DNA of 63,061 nucleotides, counting the filler, from Platydemus manokwari (taxonomy: Eukaryota), in assembly GCA_037951405.1 (NCBI GenBank). It is 5 parts of 5 records of this genome, joined end to end, with 100 filler letters (N's around TTAATTAATTAA, not from the genome) between each part and the next. Parts side by side here need not be neighbours in the genome. Positions count along the whole stretch, not along the records: positions 1 to 10,621 come from JBBMOY011118885.1; positions 10,722 to 26,117 come from JBBMOY011290317.1; 3 more parts are not named here. One strand, 5' to 3'. Position numbers and translations under genes: made by a program. A model generated the notes under the pieces. The model was not told where the DNA came from. It ran no database searches and worked only from the letters and a program-made list of their open reading frames with translations. Below, piece by piece: positions 1 to 14,380 of this stretch (positions are counted from its first letter, which is position 1; each line of letters begins with the position of its first letter).

Positions 1-847
1 TAATGTTTAATGTTACAATAGAGTCGAAATTTTATGAGACTATTTTCTAACATTAAAAATTTAATATTATGATAAAAGTATTGCTATAGGATCTGATTTA
101 TAATAAAGCTAATTATCAATTTAATACAAAACTACTTTAATTTCAATGGAATCTCTGACACACTATATTTAAACAAATAATGCCAACACTTATTATGCTA
201 AATAGGTCAATAAAATTTAATAATTTGAAGACGCATAAGCTAAAATAGTGTTTTGTTTTCTGGAACAATCTTCACGAAAGACAATCACATTATTTCAGAT
301 TGATAAATGTAACCACGCTTACAAATAGGAGGATTAGATGAAAAGAGAATAAATTCCGATAAAATAAACATAATTCAATGCATAAATAAGTGAAAATGGG
401 ACCTCTGATTTCAATATGCATTAATAATAAAACCAGTATAAAAACTTTCACATTGTATTCAAGTACGACACCGAGTCGAGTTTTTTTCCTAAATACTCGC
501 TTTTTGTTGCGTGATGGTGTTCACGAAAATATATTCGATAAAACAATAAATGCTTCTAAATGTCAAAAATTTCTTCGAAAAATAAGATGTCTGATTAGAA
601 AAATGAATAGGAAACAATAATTTTATTAAAATAATTACAATCTCTGGTATCGCGATCAAACACTCTTGTCAATAAAACAAATAATTATTATCGTGAACAT
701 ATCGAGAAACGCGTTAAGTTTTGTCTCGTAAAATAAACAGCAGATAGCACATATTTTTTATGCACAGACATCACACGAATAAACATTAATGAATGCAATG
801 TTACCAATTTGTTTTAATCGACTGACTGGAGATAATATGGGAATATA

Positions 848-3800
848 TCAGATATTACTATTATCTTGACTGTTGCGCTTCGATAAATTCATCTTTACAT
901 TATCCGCAAGAGCACTGGTTGAAATGACCAATTTGTCTTCGTCGAGATTAATCTAGATTTAATACGTATAAAAATAAATAATTTATTCCAAAAATAAAAA
1001 TCATACTTCTTCATTGATTAAATTGCTCAATTCCACTCTGTAATTGTCCAAGGCTACACTCATTGCCTTGTGTTTAGGTTCTTGCACGTGAGACATGAGC
1101 TCATAATAATCACGCAGTAACAAATAGCATAATGTGAGAAATTCCCTAAATTAATATTATTTATTATCTTTATAATAATCATGAAACACACACGTAATTG
1201 TAAATTTCCATATTTGAATATGATAAAAAATATCTATGGTAAAGTTATGCGAATTAAGTGACCGATTATATATTACGTAACTTGTTAGTCAGTAGAATCC
1301 AATAAACAATTCTTCATCTTGCTAATAGACATCATATTTAAAGAATAAAATAAATCAATATTTATTCAAGATCAAAATAGCAGTTAAGGAGTAATTTTTA
1401 TCTATTCAGACTTGATAATGGTGAATATGATAATGTAAAATAATAAAATTTTAACAAATTCCAACATAAAGTTTTTATGAAGCATCGAAACATAAACATA
1501 TATAAAATCTCAGATTTATGATTGAATTGAATAATATTCATCATCATTTAATCGATATTTATTTCATCGTATATATCAATAAAACAAGACCAACTGTCTA
1601 TGATTTAGTTTTCATTTAAACAAAACATGAAAACAATCAAGCCAATTTTCAATGTGAATTACTCATTTTTGATTAATACATTCAATAGATAATAAACGGA
1701 ATAAATTAAATTTGATCTCATTTTTCAATATAATGTATTGTATCAATATGATTATCAGACGGTGCAATAGCAGTAGTTAGAAATTTTATGAATTTCATGG
1801 AAAGATATAATTCCAAGTAGATAATTTATTTATTTAATCATCATTCATGCTGAACCATTTTATAAATTTATTTTATTTTACAGATAATTTGTTGGACAAT
1901 AATGATAATAATAATAAAAACCGTGTAATTTATAATATACGATAATTTAAATTTTACATTGATCACAATTATAATGTTAATACTTAAAGTGAGTAATAAC
2001 AATGGATAATTCAATAAATTTATAATCAATTGTTAAATAAATGAGGCTATACATCGAAACAAAGGTCGAAACAAATTGTTTTGAATCTATTGAACTTATT
2101 CCGGTGTTAAAATATGTCAATACATTTTTATAAGTAGATTGAAATATGAAATGAATGGTAAAATGTAAATGATAATTCATTTAATAAACACAACAAAACT
2201 GTGCTAAAGTCATGTCCCAATTTTCGGATTTCTATGATAACTGTAAGAATTGAGCCAAAAATATGAATATGTTAGTTTTAAAATATAACTTTGTCATTAA
2301 GACAAGAAATATGAACCCAGTATTTATAAGATCAACTTAATGGTAAACATGTATACATATCAATAATACAAGAATCATACTAGATATTTTAACACACTGA
2401 CGGACAGTAGACACAAATGAAGTTCGAAATTTAAAACTATGTGTGCGTACTTAAGCTGCAAGTCGTGTAATAGGTGGAAAACAAAAATCAACCGAAAGAA
2501 TTGTTTCCAAAACATGACACTAGCCTTCTATTTGTACGCCGGTAAATGCACATTTGTGCCACTATAGCCGCATTGTCCAAAAAAGACCGTTTCGTTTTAG
2601 ACGGCTATTGTCGTCATACCACATAGTGAACTTCGCTTTGACGGTTATAGACGCAAGTGTCCGTCAACGTATTAATTATAAAAATATAAGAAGTATTTTC
2701 ACTAATGCACGAAATAAACATAAGCCAGACAGCAACACAAACCGTATAAAACATTGAGAATAAAATATATCTATCAGATACAAATGTAGAAATACACCAT
2801 AATGATTGAGATATTGTCGATCTTGATTAAGATTTTGATGAAAATGAAATTAAATACAAAAATTATAATTAAAAAGAAAATTCATTTTCTCTGATAAATT
2901 TTCCAGACAAATCCATTGCAACTATTTAAATTTTTGTAACAAAAAATGAATTAATAGATTTCTCCATTAAATACACGAGGTTCTTCTTTATAAAACTATA
3001 GAAATATTAAATAAATGTAAGAATTCGAGCTATTTTAGCTTCAGTGTCGAGCTTTTTATTATGTCAATATTATATTCCCAATTTTACAATTATTTAACAC
3101 ACTAAAAACTTATTAAAAAATAATGAAACGAATGATTTATAAAGCAATGGGAATAAATATAAATATCTAAATAGAGAATTAAAATGTGAGTAATAAATAC
3201 GAAAAGAATAAGCAAAACTTATCAGATGATACTCACATGAATTGAATTTTCAACTGTTTAACTTTATCCTGAGGGTAATTGACTTGATTTTCTTTCTGAA
3301 GAAAAACCCTAGCATAAGCCATAGGTCCCTGATTGACTTGTGGAAGAAGTGCACCCGACATATGCATATCCATCAACAAAGGTATACTGTTTACTCTTGT
3401 GTGATTGGATATTGTTGATGAATTTGAATTAGAGGCTACAGAAGAGATAGATGACTTAGAAATCGTCGTTGATTTGTTGAAAGCCAAGTGCATTGCCAAC
3501 TGGCTGTTTTTGAGCTGAAATTGAGATGAACAACCGAAAAATGAATGATAATATTATAACAATACCTTTATCTCGTCAATAGCTCGTTCAATAGGTGAGA
3601 AATCTATTTCCTTAATGCTCACAACCTCTAATCGTCTCTTTAAATGAGGAAAGCTTGCTTCTACAGTGAGAATTGTGCGTCGCTTCCATTGGATACTAAG
3701 ATCATCTGTTTGCTTTGATTTCAAAACTCCATCATTATCATTCTCTGTATAATAATCGAGCATCAATTACAAACAAAAATGAAATTAAAACGTCAAATTC

Positions 3801-6800
3801 ATGCAAAGCAAACAAAATTATCATTTATCAATGATTATTTCATTCCAGTACAATGTTAATTCAATGGGAACTGATATCATTTTTTCTTCAAGAAACCCAC
3901 CTGTACAAATAATCCACCAACAGTCTTGACCCGTGGCTATCAATAATGGATGAATAAAGTTAGATATTATTATTAATAATAACATTGGATATGGATTACA
4001 GATCATTATCAATAATTTTGAAAATGATAATAATATCACGAATTTGATGGATAACTTCATACGATATTCAAGATCGAAAATTACAACTTCATAACCATTC
4101 GTAAGCCATAACTAAAATTTGATTGGAGAAACATTTATGGACTTCTATTATGGATAAAGATATTATTTGCAGGCAATTAATTCAACAGAATAAAGTTTTC
4201 CAAGACAAGAACTATAGAAACAAAATGGTGATATTAGCTGGAGTCTTTTTTTAAAATAATTTATTGTTATTAATTTTCACAATAAGACGGAAAAATCGAT
4301 TAAATTTACGTGAAATAATAATAAAAATAACATACGTGTTTTCTTCACAAAAGGAGTTTCTAGCATAAACTTGGATATGTTATATTGTCTCTCAAACATA
4401 CTATGGCGTTCCAATTCTTCATCATCCTCAAAAAATGGCTCAACATGGGTGACTTGAATCGATGCCATTTCTGGATCGAGCTTAGAACGATCAACATGGT
4501 TTTCGACAATCATTTGAACTCTTTGTGCCTCATATTTTTTTGAAAATAATTTCTGCAATTCCTCACGAACGACACAAAATTGCTTTCCACTATCTAATCG
4601 ATAAATGAATACTTTACCGGCCAAACTTTCAAAAGGCTGAAATAAAAATCAACGAAAAAATCAACTACTATCAAAAAATCTGTATTCACTTTTCCATACA
4701 ACACTACACGATAATAGGACCCGATTATCCTCTGATTTGTAGCTTCGGAACTTTTGATTTTCATATAACCTGAAGCCAAATGATGATAAATATCAGCCAA
4801 TTGTTCATAGTCCCTTTTCTTTTCATAAATTGGAATCAGTAGTTTGTAAACATGTCGTAAAACTTCCCACAAACCAGCGGCATCGAAGTCATTAGCAACC
4901 TCTCGAAGTAGTTTAATGACTTCCTCCTAGATCACATTCAAATACAGACGTCCGTCAATTATAAATTACTTTGGTATAATGAACTTCCAATTGAACTGAA
5001 TCGTCACGCATTGCACTCTCTTCACGTGGAATATTTGGAGATATTTTTTTGAAGCTCTCGCTCGTTATGGAATAGGTTTCTGAAAAAATGTTAAACGCAT
5101 TATCATGAAATTTAAAAAAAAAGATATTCATATAAACATCACCCATTAATCAATATTCTTACATAATTAATCTATTTTACAGAGCATATAAACGAGATAA
5201 TTAAAGACAAAAACATCCAGAATATAATTCACTACTCTCTAATATTCCGTAACCACAGTAACCAATAACATTTAATATAATTAAAAATAGCAAAACTAGA
5301 AATAAATGATATTTCGATGATGAATATGAAAATTCACATGGAACACAAAGAAGTAATAATAAATATTACAAACCTTTTCTTTTCAAATATTCAGCAATCA
5401 TTGCAGCTATATGAGCCTTGCACATAGCCATTTCTGAACGAGAATGGTTTCTTTCATGAATCGAATAAATCTTCTCAAGCCAAGTTCTGAAATATTCCAA
5501 TGTTGATTACAAGGATTTAATTATTTGATAAAAATAGTTTTAGACACCAAAGAGTAGATGTTAAAAATTAGTGGATTAATTAAGAATTATAAATCATTTA
5601 TATTTGTAATTACAGAAAATTATTACAACTATATTCGGTAATAAATGGCATTTTATATAATATTATAATTTATATATTGGTGGGTTGGGACAATTTCAAT
5701 TGACAAGATTACGATTTGAAAATAATTTTACATTGATTATTTCCACATGAATAAACAAGGTTTATGATTCAAAATCGTTACATAACAAAAAATTAAAGAG
5801 AATACATAAAAAATACTAAAAAATAATGAAAAATCAAACTATTAAATGTATAGTAATTTTAAAGTGGGGATTGTCAGGTACCTGTTAACAGTTATAATAT
5901 CTTTTATTATCACATTTTATTCATTAATTACTATCAGATTGTATATAAAACTATTCCAAGCATGAACAGAAATGTTACTATCTCAATATATCAGGTTGTT
6001 CAGAAGTAGCATGACTCAAAATTGATAATTTACACAAATTGGTACTTGCTCTACTAACTGAACATGGGCTGTTGCACTAAAATGAAAGCAGACTTTGTGA
6101 TGTTTAAAATAATTTGACGGATTAATATCAATTATTTTTGGGTAAGACTACTTCTGAGAAAGCTTGTAAACAAAATATGAAACTATTACGATTGGCTAGC
6201 TTTTACATATATTTCATACCTTCTCAAAGCTGGATTACTGGAATAACCTTTGGCAAGAGAATATTGGAGATCAACCAACATTTCATGATCATCCTTGTGT
6301 TCATTCATTTGAACAGTAGCCATTAAAACCGTTCTGATTCGTTGGGTCAAGTCTGAAACTTCTTCAAAGAAAGACTGCATGCTCAATTTGGTTGTCGAAT
6401 GAACACCTATCGCTTTTGGTTTAATCGGAACAGCCGGTACGTTAACACGAGCTTTATTTGATGGATTAGGTTGAGTTTTTTGCATCTCTAATTCGGCGAG
6501 TCGCTTCAAGTAATTGAGACTGTCATTAAATTTCAAACCAACAGTTCGATCTATTTTCGAAACAGCAACAATCATCTGAAAAATGATAATAATTTCAAGT
6601 TTTTTTAATGTATATGAGTATAATATATTGGGTCATACTTGGAGGTGAACGCGATTTATGCCAGGCTTGTTGAAAGTATCGTAGCTGCATCTCATCATTC
6701 TATAAAGAAATCCACAAGCCTCAATTCGCACCGAGGTAAAGCGAGTGTCTAGAAACCTCAACGTATATAAGCTCAATTCACTGATAACGTTGTGACAATT

Positions 6801-9771
6801 CGCAAAAAGAACCTAGATGAAATAAAAAGGTAATTAATTGATGAAATGATTATATTTGCAATTAACAAATCATATGATATCAAAAGGACTAATAACGATG
6901 TTGTAAATAATTATGATATTGTTCACATTAAACATTAAAATAACCATAATACATACCTTGGGAAACGTTGAGACGAATACTCGCATTGACACAAAAACAT
7001 GCCGTAACACTGTTTCTGATTGGTTAACTGAAAGTAGTGTCAAGTAGATGTCCACAATCTTTTTGAAAATCACGTGATCAGCAGTATAAGTGAGAATCTC
7101 TTGCTATAAACAAAAGATTAAATTGCCGAAACATAAGAGAATTTAATCAACTTCTACAATTTATTTTTGATCTCAAGAAAAAAATTGTAAATGTTATTGA
7201 TTTACATAAATAATATTGACTTGGGCATCAAAATCATCACAGTTTCTCAAAAATACTCTAACATTTTATCTATGTTTATCTATGATGGTTTCACTATTCA
7301 CGTTACTCAATAAACGAGAACTTGGTCGATTTACATTGTCATGGATGAAAATTACCAATTTTATAAGAGCGAAATAAATCGAAATGTATGACAAATAATA
7401 TGGGATTTGAATTGAATTTAGAACTAAAAAAATATTTTCTGACATTATTTAATTTCGTTTCATACTACTGATATTTGTCAGTAAATAATAACTGAATGCA
7501 ATTAAAATAGAACATATTTTACTAGTGGTCGGTGTGAGTCATTGGCAATGTTGAATCATACAATTTATTTCCAAATTTGCAGACGATTTGTCAGAATTGT
7601 AAAAAGTAAAAAATTCAAACTGCATTTATAAAAAGTTGCTATAATAAATGCTATTTGAAATGACACTTTTAATATGATGATATTAATTTTTCAGACAGTC
7701 TTTCCAATAATACTAATAAGAACGATTTATTCATCACAGTCATTGTTAATATTTATTCATTATTTTTATTAAAAAAAATCAATGTTTTAAATTAATATTT
7801 TTTTGTATTTTCATTTGTTGTGTTTTTATTGATTAAATGTTGAGTTTTATTTTTATTCATTTATTATCAATAATTTTCAAATTTGTAAAATAATTACTGA
7901 GCCACATGTCGATAACAATAAGCACCAAATAAAATGCGCCAAGTTAGAGTGAGAAGGTGATGGATTCGAATATATTATCAAGATAGACATATTTCTATTC
8001 TATGGAATGGACAACACGAGTTTATTCATGCGACTAGGGGGTAGAATTGTAAACAATAGATTTATCAACCCCCCCATAACCCTTAATAGTTAGAAAATGT
8101 ATAAATTATTATTAAATTTATAAAAATTAATCCCCAATTCTTATATGGCAAGTTATGTCAAATATATCCAATCGTACCTTGAAGGAAATACAGTAAGCTG
8201 AAAGAACGTCCAGGACAACTAATCCAACCTCAGTGCTCACATTACCTTCTAGTGAAGCTTTGTTTTCGGCTAAAAATTGCAAAATTATTTCAATTATTAA
8301 TAATTTGAGGATCAAACCCTGATCAAATTCATCCAAATTACCAGTAATACTCGTTCGAGGCCCATTTGATGATCGCAATTGAATTTGATTATGAGCATTG
8401 GTGAGACCACTTGTACTGATAGATCTACAATGGAACATATAGTGAATATCAATACATTGTACGAATCATTGACAAATCTAACTCCAAATTACTGATCACT
8501 TTTTTGCCCTGATATTTCAAATGATGAATGGAAAATCTGAAAAAGAAAATAAGATCATTGAAATATAAAACATAATCGAAACAGGCTCATTGAAAGCCAA
8601 TAATCACCATACATGAGTAATTGCAAGAATTCTAATCGTTCTTGAACAGTAAGATTGCAAATTGTTGCTTTCATGTCCTCTGGTGAAATTGTCGAAAAGA
8701 TGTGAATGAGACAAATAAAGAGATCTCTTTGGGTCTTATCATTGAGATAGACAGATGATCGTATTTCTTGGGCTTTACTAGATAATTTTGAATTAGTACT
8801 ACTTAATCGCTGATTAGGAAGGCTTGGAGCTTGATTCTTTTTTATATTTAAGGATAAACCAGCTCTAGAAAGTACAAAAATTTAAGCAAAATATTCGACG
8901 ATTTTTACTTCCGCCCCCACGAGTTTGTATTTGTTACAGGAAGTCTTTGCAAAGAGGATCGTTTGTTAGCCGTTTCTAAAAACAGAATGAAATAAACAAT
9001 ATAACAACACCAATTTACCAATGTTAGATTTGATAATCATTTCGTCTTCAAGACTGTTCGTGTCACCAGCTTCTTGCATTTCATCCAGACCAGTCAAAGT
9101 ACTTGTGCTATGTACACTACTTGCATCTGAATCCACATGGCGACGTGTCGATAAAGTCCTTAATGTTCCTCCTTCAGTTATGCCCGCTATTTGTTTTAAC
9201 CAATGATCTTCCACTTGACCATCTTTACCCAAATAAACCTGACTACTTCTAGCTGGTTTACTATAATTTGTACCGAATCCCAAACCATACACACTACCAC
9301 CAGCTCCATCACCAGAACTTCCATTCATCGAGCTATTCGTACTAAGAGTATCACTAGAAAAAGTACTCAACGGTCGAGAAGAAAGAGATTTGTCAGAATG
9401 TTCATAGATTTCATTCATTATTGTTGATTTGGAATGTAAATTTCCTTCATGATAAATATTATTGAACAAATATTAATTTATCATTTGAACGTTACCTGGA
9501 AGACAAAGAGCTTTTTGATTTTCAAGAATGATAGAAATCAATGGTAGATATAGTACGGCGATTCTCGATTGTGTATTGATATTGGCATTATAGCGATCAT
9601 CGAAAAGATGTTTGGCTAACAAATTCCTCAATATTACAAAAGGTATTCTTCGAACGGCGCTCGATGAATAGATATCACACATTTGTTGATGAACTTGTTG
9701 TAATATTAGACCAGCCAAATAATGTTGACGACAATAGGATTCTGATAATATCAATTCGAGAACCGGGGGTG
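848..9771 (-). CDS. DOCK-family guanine nucleotide exchange factor, DOCK9/10/11 (zizimin)-like; multi-exon, 5' part missing
   Basis: Spliced exons with GT-AG borders and consistent phase, e.g. 9771-9496, 9444-9019, 4636-4336, 3744-3566, 3514-3237, 1145-1007, 952-848 (TGA at 850-848). DHR2 motifs: [84 protein letters not shown]. Upstream DOCK motifs: [31 protein letters not shown]1/PH exons are not seen before the gap at 10622. Confidence 0.9.
2393..2671. mobile_element. piggyBac-type MITE, copy 1 (in a DOCK intron)
   Basis: TTAA on both flanks (2389-2392, 2672-2675); terminal inverted repeat CACACTGACGGACA...TGTCCGTCAACGTA; near-identical copy at 32202-32479. Confidence 0.8.
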
Positions 9772-10621
9772 CTAAAAGCAATAAAATGAAATCAATACAC
9801 ATTTGTTTTTAACAATCAAAATTCAAGACATATTAGTTGAAATAAATAAAAAAAATATTATAAAGATGACAATCTCATTTAATTCTAAACTCATAAATCA
9901 AATGAATAACATTATATATAGAGTTATAGAATATCATTTTATTAAAATGGTACTTCATTTGAATTCTTATTTATTAATTTCTATATTTTTTTATAATTAA
10001 TCAAATACATCTTTTGTGATGGCTGATAAGTTATCAGTAATATAATTCAAATCATTAATGAAAACATTTCGATATGTTTGGTATTTTGTCATTTAATAAT
10101 AATTTAATCTGTTTTATAATATAGTCTATCAAATAAAATGTAAAGAATAATATATTGTTTTTCTGTCATATTTTATTTCTATGTATGTGTGTATATTAAT
10201 CATTAAATATTGATCGGATTATCTATTATAATTCAATTGAATTAATTTTCAAATATCTTCATAAAAATATGGATTGTCAGATTGTATTAAATCGCAAAAA
10301 AATAAGATAAAATGCAGGCTTTAAATAAGAATATTGATTTGGAACCGGTTTAATAACATAAAAAAATCGAAATGAATTATCATCGAAAAATATTTATTGA
10401 AATCAAAATATATTGATGTTAACTAAATATGAATATTTTACGATTATTCTTGTAAAATTAATTCTATAAATGTACTTTTTCGGTGATTGATTTTAGTGAA
10501 CAAGACAATTTGGAAATAATGATTTAGATAACACACAAACACACAGACACATAAAATACAATTTCATCATTTATCTGGTAACTTTATTATAAATATAGAA
10601 TTTTTATGTTAAATAATGAGG

Positions 10622-10721
10622 NNNNNNNNNNNNNNNNNNNNNNNNNNNNNNNNNNNNNNNNNNNNTTAATTAATTAANNNNNNNNNNNNNNNNNNNNNNN
10701 NNNNNNNNNNNNNNNNNNNNN
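10622..10721. other. Assembly spacer (44N-TTAATTAATTAA-44N)
   Basis: The same 100-bp construct occurs four times; the 12-mer places stop codons in all frames. Confidence 0.97.
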
Positions 10722-11297
10722 TAAATAAACTATATAGAATTTTGCAATACACTCAACATATTTAAAATTTCATTTTAGGACTTTTTTTAACTTTAGCCTA
10801 ATATTGTTTAATTTTCATGTTGAACTATTACAAAATCTTGTCAGAATTTTATGACTATTGATTTGCTATTGTTCATTATTTCACCATCAATTATTTTTTT
10901 GAATCATTTTAAAATGGTAGCTTATAATTTTATAGAATTAGTTTCTTTTATTTATTAAATCGTGCAAAAGCCATCATAAAACTATGCTCTAGAGCTATTA
11001 TTTCCATAAAAAACATTCATAAAATAAATTTTAAATTAAAATGATTTTTAAATTTCTCAGAAACATTTTGATCAAAAATATAGAATACATCAATATATTT
11101 TATCGATTATTACGCTTAATTACGAATAAAGTCGATATTCTCAAATTTAAAAGTAAATATAATGTACGCCACCTTAACCTGTTACATGGATATTCCCTAT
11201 AGGACACAATAATTTAATATTTTTATTGCTTTTTAAATTATTATTGTGAAGGAATAATAAATACTTTTTGAGAATGAATGTTTATTTCATCATTTAG

Positions 11298-12087
11298 AAT
11301 CACCAGAGAATCAATTCAGCAAATCCTGGTTGCCAAAACCCGAAGATCTCAAAAAGTTTTAATTATTCTTTATTTATCTACACATTAAACTCGATATAGA
11401 TCTAAAGATTTTCCATCTAAACCTAAAATCGTTGATGATCCATCTAAATTCCTATTACCTGTAGAATCAACGGGTTCACCGAAAGTTATTTATAATGCAA
11501 TCCACAGTTTTAAGAAATCCGGATCAGGAGGAGCTAATAGCGCCATATCATTGGATCAGCCATATGGAGATAAAGCAAGCATTCCAAAAAAAAGTAAATC
11601 GAATTCCATGTCTAGTGGAGCTGGAAAAGATCAAATTCATGAACATGCCGATCTTCATGAATCACCGAAAAATCAAAGTTTATACATATATACTTACTGA
11701 ATGGTGTTGAGAATAATTTCTAAATAGATCCTAGTATCACGAGTTTCGATGAAGTCTATAAAAATGAGGATTATATGAATTCTCGATTTCTTTCCATGCA
11801 AAATGAGATAATGAGTCTTAAAAATGAATTGCAAGATGTCAGATCAGAGTTTCATAAATTCCAATGTGCAACCGATAATCTACAGGTAGACATTAACATT
11901 TTTCCTGATATTTCTGTTTAATAAGGAGTTTTTCCTTTATTAGCTCGACATGAATACAAGTTCTGAATTGAATTCTCAAAAAATGCAAAATTCCATAGAA
12001 CGAGTTGATCGATTAGAACGCATGCTTGATTTGTTGAGACAGCAGTGCCAAATTGAGTTCTGTACATGGAAAGATGTAAGCTTGTAA
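11298..12087 (+). CDS. 3' exons of an unknown protein with a Pro/Ser-rich region and a C-terminal coiled coil
   Basis: Four phase-compatible exons: 11298-11355, 11400-11677, 11728-11885, 11944-12087. They read ...SKDFPSKPKIVDDP...SMQNEIMSLKNELQDVRSEF...IERVDRLERMLDLLRQQCQIEFCTWKDVSL*. Start not in this contig. Confidence 0.7.
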
Positions 12088-13309
12088 ATTGTGATCAGAT
12101 TTTCAAATTTATTTCTCGACTTTTTGTTTCGATAAAAATTATGTTTTTTGGTTTTTATAGCGCTTTCACTATCAATTCTGTTCATTTCTGATCTATAAAA
12201 TTGTCATACACATTAATTATTATCGATTTTATCTATTTATTTATTTTAATGTCACAGAGAATTAAGAAGACTGAAATCTGTTTGTGTCATTGTTCTTTGA
12301 AAAATATTGATTTGACATTTTAAATTATTTTGTTTATTTTCTCCAATCAGTGAGAAATGTTACTCCGAGAATACCAAACATTGATCGGAATATAATTTCC
12401 CCTGGTATAATAATAAACAATTATCTGGAATCACCATATGATAATGTACAATAATGAGTATGTTTAGAAAATCTTTTGCGCAGTAAAAGGTCTCGTTAAT
12501 AAATATCTATCCCCATTACACCTGTGACCAATTTGCGAGGTCTTTACTGGTGGTCGATCACATATATCGGTGTTAAATTCTCGAATTATAAATTAATAAT
12601 ATTTTTTATAGACAAAATACTTCATAAAAAAAGGAAATTTTTTTAATAATGATTTTAATAAGATTTTGTTTAAAATAATATCGCCATGTTAAAAATTTTA
12701 AACTGAATAATTATTTGTTTAAGTCTTCATTTTACCTGAGAAATAATTGTGTGGCTATATATTGATTTTTAAAAATATATCTAGATCATGATTAATGTCG
12801 AAATGTTGTTCACAATTCTAATTATATTTCTAATGATATAATAATAATAATAATTGGTATAGCAGATTTAAACACGTGATGTTGTTGAATAAATTGCAAA
12901 TAGATTGCATTTCTTTTTGAGGAAAAGTGCTCTTGCATTTAAGGCATAATTTAAAAATAGTATTTTAATCTTCTTCCTGATTTTAAGAGAATTCATGTTC
13001 CTATAAACATCAGATGCCATGCGAATCTCTGTTTGACGTTGATTTATGGGTTTCAATTTCCCTTTGAATTTTCAATGTATTAATTTTGATGGAAGTTTTT
13101 CGTTCGTGTTTTATTTTCTTATTTCTCTTATTCTAATATTCTTTGGATTGGTTTCTGAAATATTTACAATAATTGGGAAATAAGGGAAATAGTAAACGAA
13201 TTGAAAAACCAAAACCCATAAAGTATCAATAACAAAATTATTTAAACCCATAAAATTAATGATTTATATTTTTCAATAAATTCCAAACTAAATAACGATA
13301 CTCAATTTT

Positions 13310-14380
13310 GTTCCGGAATGTACAGATTTCCTAAAAACATTTTCAATATTTTTGATAATTGTTCTATGTGTTGAGTGTATTAATCAGAAATTTGAATGTG
13401 AAAACTATTTTATCCAAAATATTACAATCGTAATCTCAACAACTACAAATAAACCTTTTTACAACTCACAATAGTAAATCACACAAGACGAGATCAATGG
13501 CAGAAATTCAAAAACAGCATAGAAAGTAATCAAAGAGACTGATTACTAAAAATCACACAAAGATAAGCTTAACTTGCAAGTGACCGACCAAAAAGACTGG
13601 TATTTTCTTAATACAATTTTCTTAAAATATTTTTACGCATTAGAAATACTGAAAGATAATTTAATAAAATTTTGAAATCACTTATTGATATTAATAAGTG
13701 GTTCTTATATTTATTATGTTTTTGTTACTAAAGGATTTCCGAAATCTGGAAGAAAAACTTGATTATCGATTAACAACAACTCGTAGAGATCTCCAAGACA
13801 ATATCGATTCATGCAACAACAGTGTATGGTTTGCCTTGATATCATTTTTCATTATCAAATGATGTATGCAGATAAGTTTGGTCGAGAAGAGAACTGAACA
13901 ATTGCCATTCATGTCTAATCGTGGTAACAAAAATGACGTTGCCGTTATCACAGACCATTTGTGCAATTTGGTTGTTTCTTTAATCGCATTTGTCATGCTT
14001 CTTTTGTCATCTGGATTCCATTTACTTATCAGATTTCTCAATATTGGAGCAACTATTTGTCGCCACAGGTAAACTAGTTAACGTGATTTTTCTTTTTTAC
14101 AGCTTTTTCATGGGTCTAGAAATACACTCTTGCCACCTGTGATAATTGGAAGTGCTTTGATCATTGCTTCTGTCAAGTGGTCTTTATGGAACAGATTTTA
14201 CACGTTTTTATCAGATTCGGGTTATTTGCCCAACTTCCTAACTGGATCTTAGCTGATTATAGGGACCCTATTTATCCGTTATGGTTGATCTTAACTGTAT
14301 TTATAACTGTGTACATATATATTTTGATTCATGTTACTTTTAAGATGTTCTCTATCATATTTCAATTTAGTTATCAATAA
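13310..14380 (+). pseudogene. Probable pseudogene of a multi-pass membrane protein
   Basis: Exon-like segment 13734-14068 with splice sites and hydrophobic stretches, but an in-frame TGA at 13860; flanking segments need frameshifts to stay open. Confidence 0.4.

Noticed and set aside
3821-4060. Hydrophobic ORF inside a DOCK intron, vaguely GPCR-like
   Set aside because: No convincing motif or exon chain; hydrophobic ORFs arise easily in AT-rich DNA.
10666-10677. TTAATTAATTAA palindrome recurring four times
   Set aside because: Always centred in 44N+44N; it is an all-frame-stop scaffolding linker, not biology. It also supplies the false stop of ORF 37837-38154.
10746-10800. Short shared sequence with 62335-62385 (TACACTCAA...TTTCATTTTAGGAC...AACTTTAGCC)
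   Set aside because: Probably the end of a dispersed repeat, but no partner terminus or target-site duplication could be defined.
13734-14068. In-frame TGA at 13860 as possible selenocysteine, readthrough or alternative genetic code
   Set aside because: Neighbouring segments also carry frameshifts and other stops, and genuine genes in the window end in TGA; pseudogene decay is simpler.
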